51,532 nt of DNA. Source: Parcubacteria group bacterium GW2011_GWD2_38_11 (lineage in GTDB: Bacteria; Patescibacteriota; Minisyncoccia; Moranbacterales; GWC2-37-73). The position numbers were made by a program, and so were the translations under genes. Position 1 is the stretch's first letter, and every line of letters begins with the position of its first letter. Positions 18,305-27,461 of this stretch are shown here, piece after piece. The notes under the pieces are model-generated. The model was given only the letters and a program-made list of their open reading frames with translations, ran no database searches and had not been told where the DNA came from. The DNA lies in contig LBTZ01000002.1 in NCBI GenBank assembly GCA_000992325.1, forward strand, positions 1-51,532, given 5' to 3'.

Positions 18305-18487
18305 ATGAACATTTTCAAGTGCGACATCTGCAATAAAGTCATAGAGGGAAAGACTCAGAGCATCCATCTCGGAATAGGTGGATTTTTTGGAAATCGTGCT
18401 GAATTCTGCGAAAAATGCGCAGAGCCTATTTTAAATTTTTTGAAGGATAAAAAAATAATAAATAATGAAAACAAAAAAGATGAATAA
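18305..18487 (+). CDS. Small zinc-ribbon-like protein
   Basis: CDIC...CEKC, 60 aa. Confidence 0.65.
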   Translation: MNIFKCDICNKVIEGKTQSIHLGIGGFFGNRAEFCEKCAEPILNFLKDKKIINNENKKDE

Positions 18488-18776
18488 AAAAATAAAGGAA
18501 ACAAAAAAAGAATTAGGATTGGATGATATAGCCAGAATTGTTCAGAATGGATTTTTAAAAATAGACGAAAGATTTGATGGTATGAACAAAAGATTTGATG
18601 GTGTAGAAGAAAGATTAGATGGTGTAGAAGAAAGATTAGATGGTGTAGAAGAAAGATTAGCAAGCGTTGAAAAGAAAATTGACCGTATTGAAGGTGAAAT
18701 TATCAAGAAAGTTGACACGGTTAAATATAACACAACCAAATATCGCGTGAAAAAGCTGGAAGAGAAATTTGCATAA
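18480..18776 (+). CDS. Coiled-coil protein with DGVEERL heptad repeats
   Basis: LDDIARIVQNGF followed by tandem heptads; start may be 18465. Confidence 0.75.
   Translation: MNKKIKETKKELGLDDIARIVQNGFLKIDERFDGMNKRFDGVEERLDGVEERLDGVEERLASVEKKIDRIEGEIIKKVDTVKYNTTKYRVKKLEEKFA
18576..18659 (+). repeat. 21-bp coding tandem repeat
   Basis: gatggtgtagaagaaagatta x3 (18597-18659) plus one degenerate unit. Confidence 0.9.
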
Positions 18777-18805
18777 AAATATCCACAAAAAATTAGTTAG
18801 CAAAG

Positions 18806-18831
18806 AAATTCAGCACGATGCTGGATTTTTT
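18806..18831 (+). terminator. Intrinsic terminator
   Basis: aaattcagca-cga-tgctggattt-ttt. Confidence 0.6.
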
Positions 18832-18932
18832 GATATCTCCCCTACATCCTTGTTTTGGCTATTTTTTAACCTTTTTTGTTGTTTTGAAATATTTATCCAA
18901 CCTAATCCGTATTTACTTGTGCATAGCCTCCA

Positions 18933-18961
18933 TTGACGCATTTTGCTCTTTGTGCTATGCT
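18933..18961 (+). promoter_or_regulatory. Promoter for putative ncRNA
   Basis: TTGACG-17-(TG)TATGCT. Confidence 0.65.
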
Positions 18962-19062
18962 TTAGACATAACTAGGTACCCGGGACAAATCCCAGAGGGA
19001 AAGCTAGCAATAGCTACCGGAATATCTGACCGAGGCGCAAGCTTCGGTTTTGTTTTGTCTAA
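18962..19062 (+). ncRNA. Structured RNA convergent with the DUF3800 gene (DUF3800-RNA-motif-like)
   Basis: Closing stem tagacataac/gttttgtcta; taggta/tatctg stem; hairpins ggga-caaa-tccc, agcta-GCAA-tagct, accgaggc-GCAA-gcttcggt; own promoter. Confidence 0.65.
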
Positions 19063-19116
19063 TTTTACTTATTGCATTAAGATAACCAATTTCTTTTCAA
19101 GCATTTTATAATAATT

Positions 19117-19611
19117 TCACAATCTTTTTTCATTCTTTTCATCAAAATGTGATCTGCTAAGACCAGCGACCATATCAGCCAAACGCACACAAGCAATTTG
19201 ATCATCCTTTATCATTTTAACTTTACTAGCAGATACACCTTTATCACGCAAGATTTTCTTTATTTTCAATTCATACCATCTTGGCTTTTTACCATCAATA
19301 TATATACAAGAAATACGTTTTTCTATCGCCATATGCGAAAGAATTCTTTCCAACTCTTTTGCTGGATTCACTGGATTTTTGATTATGGCAATTTTAACTT
19401 TGAAATTTAACTTCAAAGCTTTTTGAATAAATTTTTCTTTGAATTTCCAGGCAACTTCAGACCAGTGAAATTTTTCTATTTTAAGCTCCTTTTCAATTTC
19501 ACAAATTCTCTTTTCAATTGCGTTAAAATCTTTAACTTCAATATACACTAAGGTAAATGAGGAATGATCAACTTTTTTATGTATTCCAGATTCATCAATA
19601 AAAATATGCAT
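19117..19611 (-). CDS. DUF3800-family protein (possibly prematurely terminated)
   Basis: IFIDESG N-terminus and RLADMVAG (QLAD-type) motif; the frame stays open for 15 codons past the TGA. Confidence 0.85.
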   Translation of the reverse strand: MHIFIDESGIHKKVDHSSFTLVYIEVKDFNAIEKRICEIEKELKIEKFHWSEVAWKFKEKFIQKALKLNFKVKIAIIKNPVNPAKELERILSHMAIEKRISCIYIDGKKPRWYELKIKKILRDKGVSASKVKMIKDDQIACVRLADMVAGLSRSHFDEKNEKRL

Positions 19612-19816
19612 TTGTTTTTTGTTTTTATTGTTTATAATGATATTATATCACTTATTTATTTTGACTGCAAGAACAGGGTTAATATTAATCAGTCAATACT
19701 AACCCTAATTAATATTTTTACTTATTCCAGCCATATATAACTGGGTTTTTGACGTTGTTTAATCCCCTACATCCATATATTAATTACAGGCGGATTTAAA
19801 GAATAATCCTCCACCA

Positions 19817-19916
19817 CTTTATAAACTTTAGAAACCTTATGAACTTTATGAACTATTTTTATAAACCTTAAAAACTTTATGAACATTATGAACTATTTTT
19901 TATAAGCCTTAAAAAC
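19817..19916. repeat. Nonamer tandem array with ~42-bp higher-order duplication
   Basis: ctttataaa ctttagaaa ccttatgaa ctttatgaa ctatttt, repeated. Confidence 0.75.
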
Positions 19917-19922
19917 CATTAG

Positions 19923-19950
19923 TTGCCTTTTCTCCCCCTTTTGATATAAT
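19923..19950 (+). promoter_or_regulatory. Sigma70-type promoter
   Basis: TTGCCT-16-(TG)TATAAT. Confidence 0.5.
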
Positions 19951-20007
19951 AAAATAGCTTTAATAAAAGCGTTTATGCGCTTTTTTACATACAGCCACCC
20001 CTATTAT

Positions 20008-20110
20008 GTCATTCCCGTGAAAACGGGAATCCAGGCCCGCATTTTATTCTGTCATTCCGGACTTGCCGTGCCCGCCCCTGGAGGGATCCGGAATCCAGAC
20101 CCGCATTTTA
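20008..20110. repeat. Two tandem GTCATTCC palindromic (dRS3/REP-like) units
   Basis: gtcattcccgtgaaaacgggaatcca and gtcattccgga...tccggaatcca, each followed by gRcccgcatttta. Confidence 0.8.
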
Positions 20111-20190
20111 ACTTTACAAACCTTATAACTTTATAAACTTTCTGCATTCTTACTTTACAAACCTTAGAAACTTTATGAACTTTACGAACC
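20110..20190. repeat. Nonamer tract overlapping the start of the GT2 fragment
   Basis: actttacaa accttataa ... actttacaa accttagaa actttatga actttacga. Confidence 0.7.
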
Positions 20191-20501
20191 CAAAAACATT
20201 CATCGTCATCCCCGCTTTCAATGAAGAAACGGTTATTCAGGACGTCATCCGAGAAGTTCAGGGTGCTGGATATGAAAATATTATTGTTGTTGATGATGGA
20301 AGCTCCGACAACACTCAAGCAAAAGCCAAGGAGCTGATTGGAAAATTAGCTTTGAGACACAAAATCAATCGCGGCAAAGGCGGAGCAACCAAAACTGGCA
20401 TCGAAGCCGCCAAACTATTGGGCGCCGAAATAATAGTGACGATTGACGGCGGTCAGCATGATCCAAAAGACATTTTGGATGCACCAAGAACAGTAGAATG
20501 A
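20175..20501 (+). pseudogene. Truncated GT2 (DPM-synthase-like) glycosyltransferase
   Basis: IVIPAFNE, VVDDGSSD, NRGKG present; DxD motif damaged (TIDGGQH); ends at 108 aa. Confidence 0.75.
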
Positions 20502-20522
20502 AAAAGCTTAAAACATTATAAA

Positions 20523-20554
20523 AACACCCCAGCTATTATGATAGCTGGGGTGTT
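20523..20554. terminator. Bidirectional terminator
   Basis: aacaccccagctat-tatg-atagctggggtgtt, perfect 14-bp stem. Confidence 0.8.
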
Positions 20555-20579
20555 GTGTTTTTATGCAAGAACAATGTTT

Positions 20580-21872
20580 TTACGGTCTTCCAATACTGGA
20601 ATATTTAAAACCCAGCTGTTTCATTTCTGAAGGATTGAAAATATTTCGACCGTCAACAATCTTAGGCGTTTCCATGAGTGACTTCACTTTTTTCAGATCT
20701 GCACTTTTAAAACATTCCCATTCAGTGACAATCAAGAGAATTTCTGCTCCATGCACCGCTTCATACATATCATCACAATGAGTAATCTTTCCAGAAAATT
20801 CCCTGCGAACATTTGCCACAGGATCAAACACACGAACAATTGCCCCATCTTCCAGCAACTCCTTTATGATTTTGATTGAAGGCGCTTCACGCACATCATC
20901 AGTTTCGGGCTTAAAAGCGACACCCCAGATAGCGATTACTCGTTTTTTCAGGGTCATGATTGCCATTTCTTCAACCTTGCGCATGAAATAACAAATTTGA
21001 GATTCATTAACATCAACCACGGTCTGAAAAATTGCATGGTCGATGCGATGATGTTTGGCAATGGCAATGAGATTTTTAGTGTCCTTGGGAAAACAAGAAC
21101 CTCCATAGCCAACGCCGGATTGCAAAAAATATGGACCAATTCTTTTGTCGAGTCCTACACCTTGCATCACGTTTTCAATGTTGGCGCCAGATGCTTCGCA
21201 AATTTGAGCCAAAGCATTGGCCGAAGAAATACGTTGCGCCAACATGAAGTTAGCAGTGAGTTTGATCATCTCCGCACTGCAAGTGTCAGTCACCACCTTG
21301 GGACATTCGATCTTTTCATACAATTGCCGGAGACAACCTGTTGCAATAATGTCACCACCCATAATAATACGGTCAGGCTGCATAAAGTCAGCAACCGCAT
21401 TTCCTTCCCTGAGGGTTTCAGGATTAGATCCGACATGAAATGACGTGACACTATTATGCGAAACAAGAGACTCGGAAATCTGCTGCGCAGTTCCAATGGG
21501 AACTGTCGATTTGCCGATGACAACCAACATGTTTTTTGTCGTGTGCAGCGCAATCTGCTTGGCAGTCTGTGCCACATAAAACAAATCCGCTCTGCCGTCG
21601 CGCTCTCGTTCAGGAGTGCCAACAGCGATCATGGCAACGTCATATTCATTGATTTCCGAACCAATATCAACTTTAAATGACAGCCTGCCTTCTTCAAGAT
21701 TCTTTTTCAACAGTTCCGTGAGTCCTGGTTCATAAATCGGACATCCTCCATTTTGAAGCGTTTCAATTTTTTCAGGGTCAATATCAACCCCGCAGACTAA
21801 ATGCCCAAGATCAGCCAAACAAACCGCTGTGACAAGCCCAACATACCCAGTTCCCACAATGTACACTTTCAT
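20580..21872 (-). CDS. ugd: UDP-glucose 6-dehydrogenase (second copy)
   Basis: GTGYVG, KSTVP, NPETLREG, GYGGSCFPKD, DDVREAP; SD AAGGAGG. Confidence 0.93.
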   Translation of the reverse strand: MKVYIVGTGYVGLVTAVCLADLGHLVCGVDIDPEKIETLQNGGCPIYEPGLTELLKKNLEEGRLSFKVDIGSEINEYDVAMIAVGTPERERDGRADLFYVAQTAKQIALHTTKNMLVVIGKSTVPIGTAQQISESLVSHNSVTSFHVGSNPETLREGNAVADFMQPDRIIMGGDIIATGCLRQLYEKIECPKVVTDTCSAEMIKLTANFMLAQRISSANALAQICEASGANIENVMQGVGLDKRIGPYFLQSGVGYGGSCFPKDTKNLIAIAKHHRIDHAIFQTVVDVNESQICYFMRKVEEMAIMTLKKRVIAIWGVAFKPETDDVREAPSIKIIKELLEDGAIVRVFDPVANVRREFSGKITHCDDMYEAVHGAEILLIVTEWECFKSADLKKVKSLMETPKIVDGRNIFNPSEMKQLGFKYSSIGRP

Positions 21873-22050
21873 TCGCTTCCTCCTTGGATTTTGTGATACA
21901 TAGCTTTACAAAGAACTACAAAACAAACCTGCCTTATTTTAACTCCTTTTGAGCATTAGTCAACAAGCATATTTACACACACCCCTATTTTTATAATAAA
22001 GTTGTTTTTTATGATACAATAGGTAAATAAAAATTTATTAAAGAATATTT

Positions 22051-22986
22051 ATGAAAATTCTTGTAACTGGTGGTGCTGGGTTTATTGGTTCACATTTATG
22101 CAAAAAGCTTCTAGCAGCTGGCAATGAAGTTCTTTGTGTTGATAATTTCTTCACTGGGAGCAAAAAAAACATTTTGGATTTGTTGAAAAATCCAAAATTT
22201 GAATTACTTCGTCATGATGTAACATTTCCTTTATACGTCGAAATTGACCAAATTTATAATCTCGCCTGTCCAGCTTCGCCAGTACATTATCAATTCGATC
22301 CAGTGCAGACAACCAAAACATCGGTTCATGGTGCAATCAACATGCTTGGACTTGCCAAAAGAACGCGCGCAAAAATTCTGCAAGCTTCAACTTCAGAGGT
22401 TTATGGCGATCCAGATGTTCATCCGCAACCAGAATCATATTGGGGCAAAGTCAACCCGATTGGCATTCGATCTTGTTACGACGAAGGAAAACGCTGCGCA
22501 GAAACACTCTTTTTTGATTATTACAGGCAGCACAACACAAAAATACGAGTGATTCGCATTTTCAATACATATGGACCAAACATGAATCCTCACGATGGCC
22601 GCGTTGTTTCAAATTTCATCGTGCAAGCACTCAAGAACAAGGACATCACCATATATGGAGATGGCTCACAAACTCGAAGTTTTCAATATGTGGATGATCT
22701 CATTTCCGGGATGATAAAAATGATGAACAATAAAAAAGATTTTGTTGGACCTGTTAATATCGGAAATCCCATAGAATTCACAATCAAAGAGCTTGCTGAA
22801 AAAATAATCTCAATGATTCCAGAGAGTACCAGCAAGATTATTTTTGAAGATCTTCCCCAAGATGATCCGAGACAAAGAAAGCCGGACATCACTCTTGCCA
22901 AAAAAGAATTGAATTGGGAGCCAACTGTGCAACTGGAAGCTGGCCTCACCAAGACAATTGAATATTTCAAAAGCATCATCAAATAA
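22051..22986 (+). CDS. uxs: UDP-glucuronate decarboxylase (UDP-xylose synthase)
   Basis: [53 protein letters not shown]. Confidence 0.93.
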   Translation: MKILVTGGAGFIGSHLCKKLLAAGNEVLCVDNFFTGSKKNILDLLKNPKFELLRHDVTFPLYVEIDQIYNLACPASPVHYQFDPVQTTKTSVHGAINMLGLAKRTRAKILQASTSEVYGDPDVHPQPESYWGKVNPIGIRSCYDEGKRCAETLFFDYYRQHNTKIRVIRIFNTYGPNMNPHDGRVVSNFIVQALKNKDITIYGDGSQTRSFQYVDDLISGMIKMMNNKKDFVGPVNIGNPIEFTIKELAEKIISMIPESTSKIIFEDLPQDDPRQRKPDITLAKKELNWEPTVQLEAGLTKTIEYFKSIIK

Positions 22987-23014
22987 CAATACTACATCAC
23001 AAAAACAATTTTAA

Positions 23015-23046
23015 AAAAAACTCAGGCCAAAACGCCTGAGTTTTTT
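23015..23046. terminator. Bidirectional terminator
   Basis: aaaaaactcaggc-caaaac-gcctgagtttttt. Confidence 0.8.
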
Positions 23047-23083
23047 GTGCTAATATCGGAATAAACTTAATCGCTTGCACTTT

Positions 23084-23172
23084 GTCATTCCCGCGGAGGC
23101 GGGTCTCGATGCCCCTTGAGGGTAAGTCCAGGTTCTAATGCGGGCCTAGATTCCCTTTTTCAAGGGAATGAC
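23084..23172. repeat. Inverted pair of GTCATTCCC palindromic units
   Basis: gtcattcccgcggaggcggg ... aatgcgggcctagattccctttttcaagggaatgac; shares the gcccgcatt tail with 20008-20110. Confidence 0.75.
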
Positions 23173-23240
23173 ATACCACGAATTCAGTTGATTCGGTATA
23201 GCCACCATCATACTTTTCGCTAAAGTATGCTTCATTTTAA

Positions 23241-23642
23241 TTAAGCTTTTTCACTTCTCAACTCATATATCCCCATGATGACAGTCAGCACAAGGAAATA
23301 ATAGGCGTAGATGGCCAAATTTTCAGCCACAGCTTCAAATTTCAAGATCAAGGCAAAAGGAGTCAAGACAAGAAAGAAAAGAGCAGGAAAGGCCAAAATT
23401 TGACTCCGTACAGGACGCAGGATGATTCCAATGAGCACAAAGAAAATCAACGTATTCATAATCCCCCATTGGAAATAAATTCCCATCGTCAAGGCCACCA
23501 AAAAAATCACAATATTCAAAACCTTTTTTGGTGTCATTTTTTTGATTTCCCAAGATTTTATTTCGGAGAAGACCTGAAAATAAATTTTCACAGTATGAGA
23601 AATCACCAATATTCTAATTTTTGACCATTTTTCTTTTAACAT
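23241..23642 (-). CDS. Small membrane protein
   Basis: 4 TM, AENLAIYAYYFL; start may be 23537. Confidence 0.7.
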   Translation of the reverse strand: MLKEKWSKIRILVISHTVKIYFQVFSEIKSWEIKKMTPKKVLNIVIFLVALTMGIYFQWGIMNTLIFFVLIGIILRPVRSQILAFPALFFLVLTPFALILKFEAVAENLAIYAYYFLVLTVIMGIYELRSEKA

Positions 23643-23669
23643 ATATTTTTTGGCTTAAATCCCAGTCAT

Positions 23670-25847
23670 CTAGTTATACATAATTTTTCTTTTTTTGAAA
23701 AACACATAAAGATGACGGGACAGGTAAATTATTAAAAACAAAACTGCAAGGCCACTGATGATCATGCCTTTCCACATCAAACGGATTGGATAATACTCAA
23801 TGACAATTTGTGAGATATCGTCAGGATTTTCAACACTCCAACCATTAGCATACCCGCGAGCTTTGAAATGATTTACGATTTCTTTTTCTTTTCCATCTGA
23901 ATCAATAGTATAGGCTTTCCAGAGCGGGTTGTATGTTTCCGCGAGAATTATATTTTTGCCAATTTTGTGATCTTTCACATCTATAACAAACTTCTTTGGA
24001 TTAATCTCTCTAAAATCTGCCCCGAAAGAATTGCTTTTGATCTTGTCAAAATTTCTCTCAATTGAGATAACATTTCCATGGAGATCAATATTTTCATTTT
24101 GCCAAGAGAGATATGGCAAGAAATATTCTGAGGAAATTTCATAGAGAATGAAATATTCATTTTCTTCCAGGTTCTTAATAATTCCCCTGTCCGCCAAGGC
24201 TCTCATCTTAAAAAGAGTTTTCTTCACAGAATCTTCTAGGGCATCCTTATGGTAGATGATATACTGAGAGTTCATCATCCCTAAAGTCTTAATTATCCAC
24301 GATTCATCATTAGGAGCTATATCGTTAAAATCTTCAGCATAGCCCCAGCCAGGAAAGTTATACTGGGCTCCATTGGCATCTAACAATTTTTTATTGTAAA
24401 GATTTCTAGTTATATCAACGCCATAAAATTCCCATTTGGGAAAATAACTAACTCCCGATCCATCTCCATAAGTAGCTGGCAGAGTTGCAATTTTTGATTT
24501 TTTATCATTGAAATTTACTTTTTTTCTTATAGAATAATATTCATCAGGAATTTTAATCAAAAAACTCATTTTAGCTTTCTTATAATCCTTTTCTGAATTA
24601 ACTCGATAACCAGCAGTTTGCTGAAGCTTACCAATAAAGAAAGGCAAAGGAACCATTAAAGCAAGAATCAGAAAAATGTACACTAATTTCTTATGTTTTA
24701 TATTGATTAAGGTAATTAGGAGCAAACAAGACATAATAAAAGGGATGTAGATCGCAGTCTTATCATAACCACGCAAAGTGCTGAATCCCCAAATATGATA
24801 GATAAGATAGTTTGAAATTTCAAAAGGCGGCCTAACTTTCACAATCAACATTACAAAAATCAAAAAAATTATCAGAAAAGAAAAAAACAAGAAGCGATTT
24901 TTTTCTTTTTGAGCAGAAACGAGCCCAAAGAAAACCAACCCAACAGGAATAAAAGCTAGCAAGATAAAAAGGTTTTGAAAAGATTTTAAATTTCTATAAT
25001 AAAAATTGAAAGGGAAATTATTATCATTAAATTGCATCCCTCCGAAAATATAAGAGATTGGATTGGAGGTTGATCTGATAATGGTTTCGAAATCAATAAC
25101 ATTTGAAGATGCGAGTCCCTCTACCCCACTTTTCATCTGCGGAGCCAGAGGAAAAATCCAAGAAGCACTCACCAGAAAAGAAAAGACGATAATCAAAAAT
25201 ATTTTTCCCAAAAACAATTTACTTATGGTTGCTTTTTTTATATATAAGAAAATACAAGTCAGCAGAAAAAGCAGCAGCGCAAAAGAAAGGGCAAAAGCTG
25301 GATTTCCAAAACCAGAAGATCCCAGGAACAAAACCAAGCAAAACCAAAAACCATAGCTGATTTTTTGACTATTCAAGAATTTGACAAACAGACCAATCAA
25401 AACTGGGATAAAAACATATAGCGATGGAAAATAAGAATAACCCCAATTGCCAGTAAAAAAAGAAAGAGTATAGAGATTCAAGGCGTAGAAAAGTGAGACC
25501 GCACTCCTCGGCAAGTCTTCAGATTTAGGAAAAATCAATTTGGAAAAAAGCCAGAAAGAAAGATATGATCCAAAAATGAGGTAACCCAAATAAAAAGAAA
25601 GCTGAATGGAGTCAGAAACACCAGCGAGACTAAGAAAATAAAAAAACACATAGAAAAATCCAGTTCTACCTTGAGTATCCCAAAAAAAACTAAAGAGGCT
25701 ATTCTTGGCTTCAACCAACTGATTAGTATCTCCGCCGCCGAAAACATAACCTTCAGGGAAAAGATTGACGAAAATCACCCAGACCAAAACAGCCAAACCC
25801 AGAATAAAATATTTATTTTTTTTAAAAAAAGATATAAGCTTGATCAT
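23670..25847 (-). CDS. Polytopic membrane protein, putative GT-C (YfhO/AftD-like)
   Basis: Early GGD motif, many TM, C-terminal INP..AETYNPLWKAY..ARGYANGW..EYYP + TM; ATG at 25847 preferred. Confidence 0.7.
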   Translation of the reverse strand: MIKLISFFKKNKYFILGLAVLVWVIFVNLFPEGYVFGGGDTNQLVEAKNSLFSFFWDTQGRTGFFYVFFYFLSLAGVSDSIQLSFYLGYLIFGSYLSFWLFSKLIFPKSEDLPRSAVSLFYALNLYTLSFFTGNWGYSYFPSLYVFIPVLIGLFVKFLNSQKISYGFWFCLVLFLGSSGFGNPAFALSFALLLFLLTCIFLYIKKATISKLFLGKIFLIIVFSFLVSASWIFPLAPQMKSGVEGLASSNVIDFETIIRSTSNPISYIFGGMQFNDNNFPFNFYYRNLKSFQNLFILLAFIPVGLVFFGLVSAQKEKNRFLFFSFLIIFLIFVMLIVKVRPPFEISNYLIYHIWGFSTLRGYDKTAIYIPFIMSCLLLITLINIKHKKLVYIFLILALMVPLPFFIGKLQQTAGYRVNSEKDYKKAKMSFLIKIPDEYYSIRKKVNFNDKKSKIATLPATYGDGSGVSYFPKWEFYGVDITRNLYNKKLLDANGAQYNFPGWGYAEDFNDIAPNDESWIIKTLGMMNSQYIIYHKDALEDSVKKTLFKMRALADRGIIKNLEENEYFILYEISSEYFLPYLSWQNENIDLHGNVISIERNFDKIKSNSFGADFREINPKKFVIDVKDHKIGKNIILAETYNPLWKAYTIDSDGKEKEIVNHFKARGYANGWSVENPDDISQIVIEYYPIRLMWKGMIISGLAVLFLIIYLSRHLYVFFKKRKIMYN

Positions 25848-25854
25848 AAAGAAT

Positions 25855-27450
25855 TTAATTAGATTTCTCGACCCTGCTCGAAATGACCCGTTGGGAGTTT
25901 GCTTGTGTTTCAGCTTCAATTAATAATTTATCTAGACCATATTTGACAGTTTTTCTGTCTTGAAAAGTTTCATCAGTAATTATTGGTTCAATCTTCAAAT
26001 ACACGATGTTTTTGCGAAAAGCTTCGGTAATTTCTTTTTCAAAAACCTGCATTCCATCTTTTGAATCAGGATTTTTAGTAATTTCCTGCCATTTTTCATC
26101 GTCAAAGCTATATAACAATCGAACATTTTCCCAATCTAAATTGTTTTTTTGAGCAGAAAGACGGAAGCTCCTGAAAGGCAAGGCATTCTCAAATTTATAA
26201 ATGAAATTTGAATCATTCTTTGGATTTTCTCTATATATTTCTCCAAAAACAATCTTTTTTTCCTCATCAAAAGAAACATCACTAGTAAAAGAATTCAAAT
26301 CAGTCAAGGCATATTGTTTTTGAGATGGTTGAAATTTGAAAAGCATTTTTCCATCACCCAGATCTTCCAGTGTGGTTCCAAGAAAAATTCGCTGGCCAGC
26401 ATATTCCTTATAGTCAAGACCAAAAATATTAAAGTAAAGATTTCCCTTTATTGGGAAAGTTTCACCATCTTTCTTGAGAACGACTGATCCATCTGAATAA
26501 ATTTTCGAATCAGAAGATCCAAGCATTTCAAGATAATTAAATTTATTAGAATCAGCACGCTCATTATTGATGCCGAAAAAGTAATATTCCCCAACATCCA
26601 CCTTTTCATAAATTGGAAATTTGAATTTTCCATTGGGCTCGCGATATTGCATAGCCTCGGCAGAAGAGAATTTAATACTGGCCAATGCACCACCCTTAAT
26701 TTCAGGAACTGAGTTTTTAAAATCAGCCTTCCTTAAGACAAATTCGTAATTACCACCATTACCACTACCTTGTTGAATAATATTAAAATCAACTTCAATT
26801 TCTGTGATATAATCTTTTCCTGCCTTAAAAATTTGTCCGAAAATAATTTTTGGCTGTAACAATTGCTTAAATAAGACAGTGTTCTGGGCTTGAGAAGATG
26901 CAATTTTTTCCGTGTCAATCTCACCAAAAATAGTCGGGCTAATTTTTCTCATCTCATCATCATTTTTAACATTCAACCTAGTAACGCGAAAATCGCTCAG
27001 AATTACTTCAGCGCCATCAATATTTTTCTTTTCAATAATAAAATCTGTATAATTTCTATCAGTGGCAAAAATAACTTCCTTAAAGTTATCATCTTTTGAT
27101 TTCCATACAGGAAATTCTTGCAAAAAAATTTCCTGATAAAAAATATTAGTGGCTTTTATCGAAATAATTGTATCCTGGTTGGCCTTTTCACGAAAAGTCA
27201 GGCGATAGAATTCACCCATCTGAGAAGAAAAAACATCGTTTTGAAAAAATTTCAAATTAACATCAGAAAGAGATGATTCCTTAATAAGCTGCTTACAATT
27301 ACCACCCACACATTCCTTGGAGGTAATTCTTCTTAATGGAAAACCGCTATCAATAAGAAAGAAAAGGGTGAAAACGGCCAATACCCAGAAGTACCGCTGA
27401 TTCCACACGATAAATTTCCAGAAAAAATTTAATTTATTCATGATTATCAT
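25855..27450 (-). CDS. Membrane-anchored beta-rich extracellular hypothetical protein
   Basis: 531 aa, N-terminal TM; last residues encoded by a palindromic repeat. Confidence 0.75.
   Translation of the reverse strand: MIIMNKLNFFWKFIVWNQRYFWVLAVFTLFFLIDSGFPLRRITSKECVGGNCKQLIKESSLSDVNLKFFQNDVFSSQMGEFYRLTFREKANQDTIISIKATNIFYQEIFLQEFPVWKSKDDNFKEVIFATDRNYTDFIIEKKNIDGAEVILSDFRVTRLNVKNDDEMRKISPTIFGEIDTEKIASSQAQNTVLFKQLLQPKIIFGQIFKAGKDYITEIEVDFNIIQQGSGNGGNYEFVLRKADFKNSVPEIKGGALASIKFSSAEAMQYREPNGKFKFPIYEKVDVGEYYFFGINNERADSNKFNYLEMLGSSDSKIYSDGSVVLKKDGETFPIKGNLYFNIFGLDYKEYAGQRIFLGTTLEDLGDGKMLFKFQPSQKQYALTDLNSFTSDVSFDEEKKIVFGEIYRENPKNDSNFIYKFENALPFRSFRLSAQKNNLDWENVRLLYSFDDEKWQEITKNPDSKDGMQVFEKEITEAFRKNIVYLKIEPIITDETFQDRKTVKYGLDKLLIEAETQANSQRVISSRVEKSN
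25861..25887 (-). repeat. GTCAT-type palindrome inside the CDS end
   Basis: Minus strand gtcatttcgagcagggtcgagaaatct, encodes VISSRVEKS. Confidence 0.75.
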
Positions 27451-27461
27451 TTTACTATATC

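Noticed and set aside
18962..19062. tRNA
   Set aside because: Multi-stem, but no T-loop TTCRA, D-loop or 7-nt anticodon loop.
18818..19111. 97-aa ORF on the plus strand
   Set aside because: Starts inside a terminator hairpin and spans the promoter and structured RNA; no recognisable protein features.
19117..19119. Alternative genetic code (UGA = Gly/Trp)
   Set aside because: Many genes end properly at TGA, including ATGA-coupled junctions at 41819-41822 and 45362-45365, and long ORFs are intact under code 11.
25848..25919. Extended N-terminus of the 749-aa ORF
   Set aside because: TTG start overlaps the upstream gene and is largely repeat-derived; the ATG at 25847 fits operon spacing.
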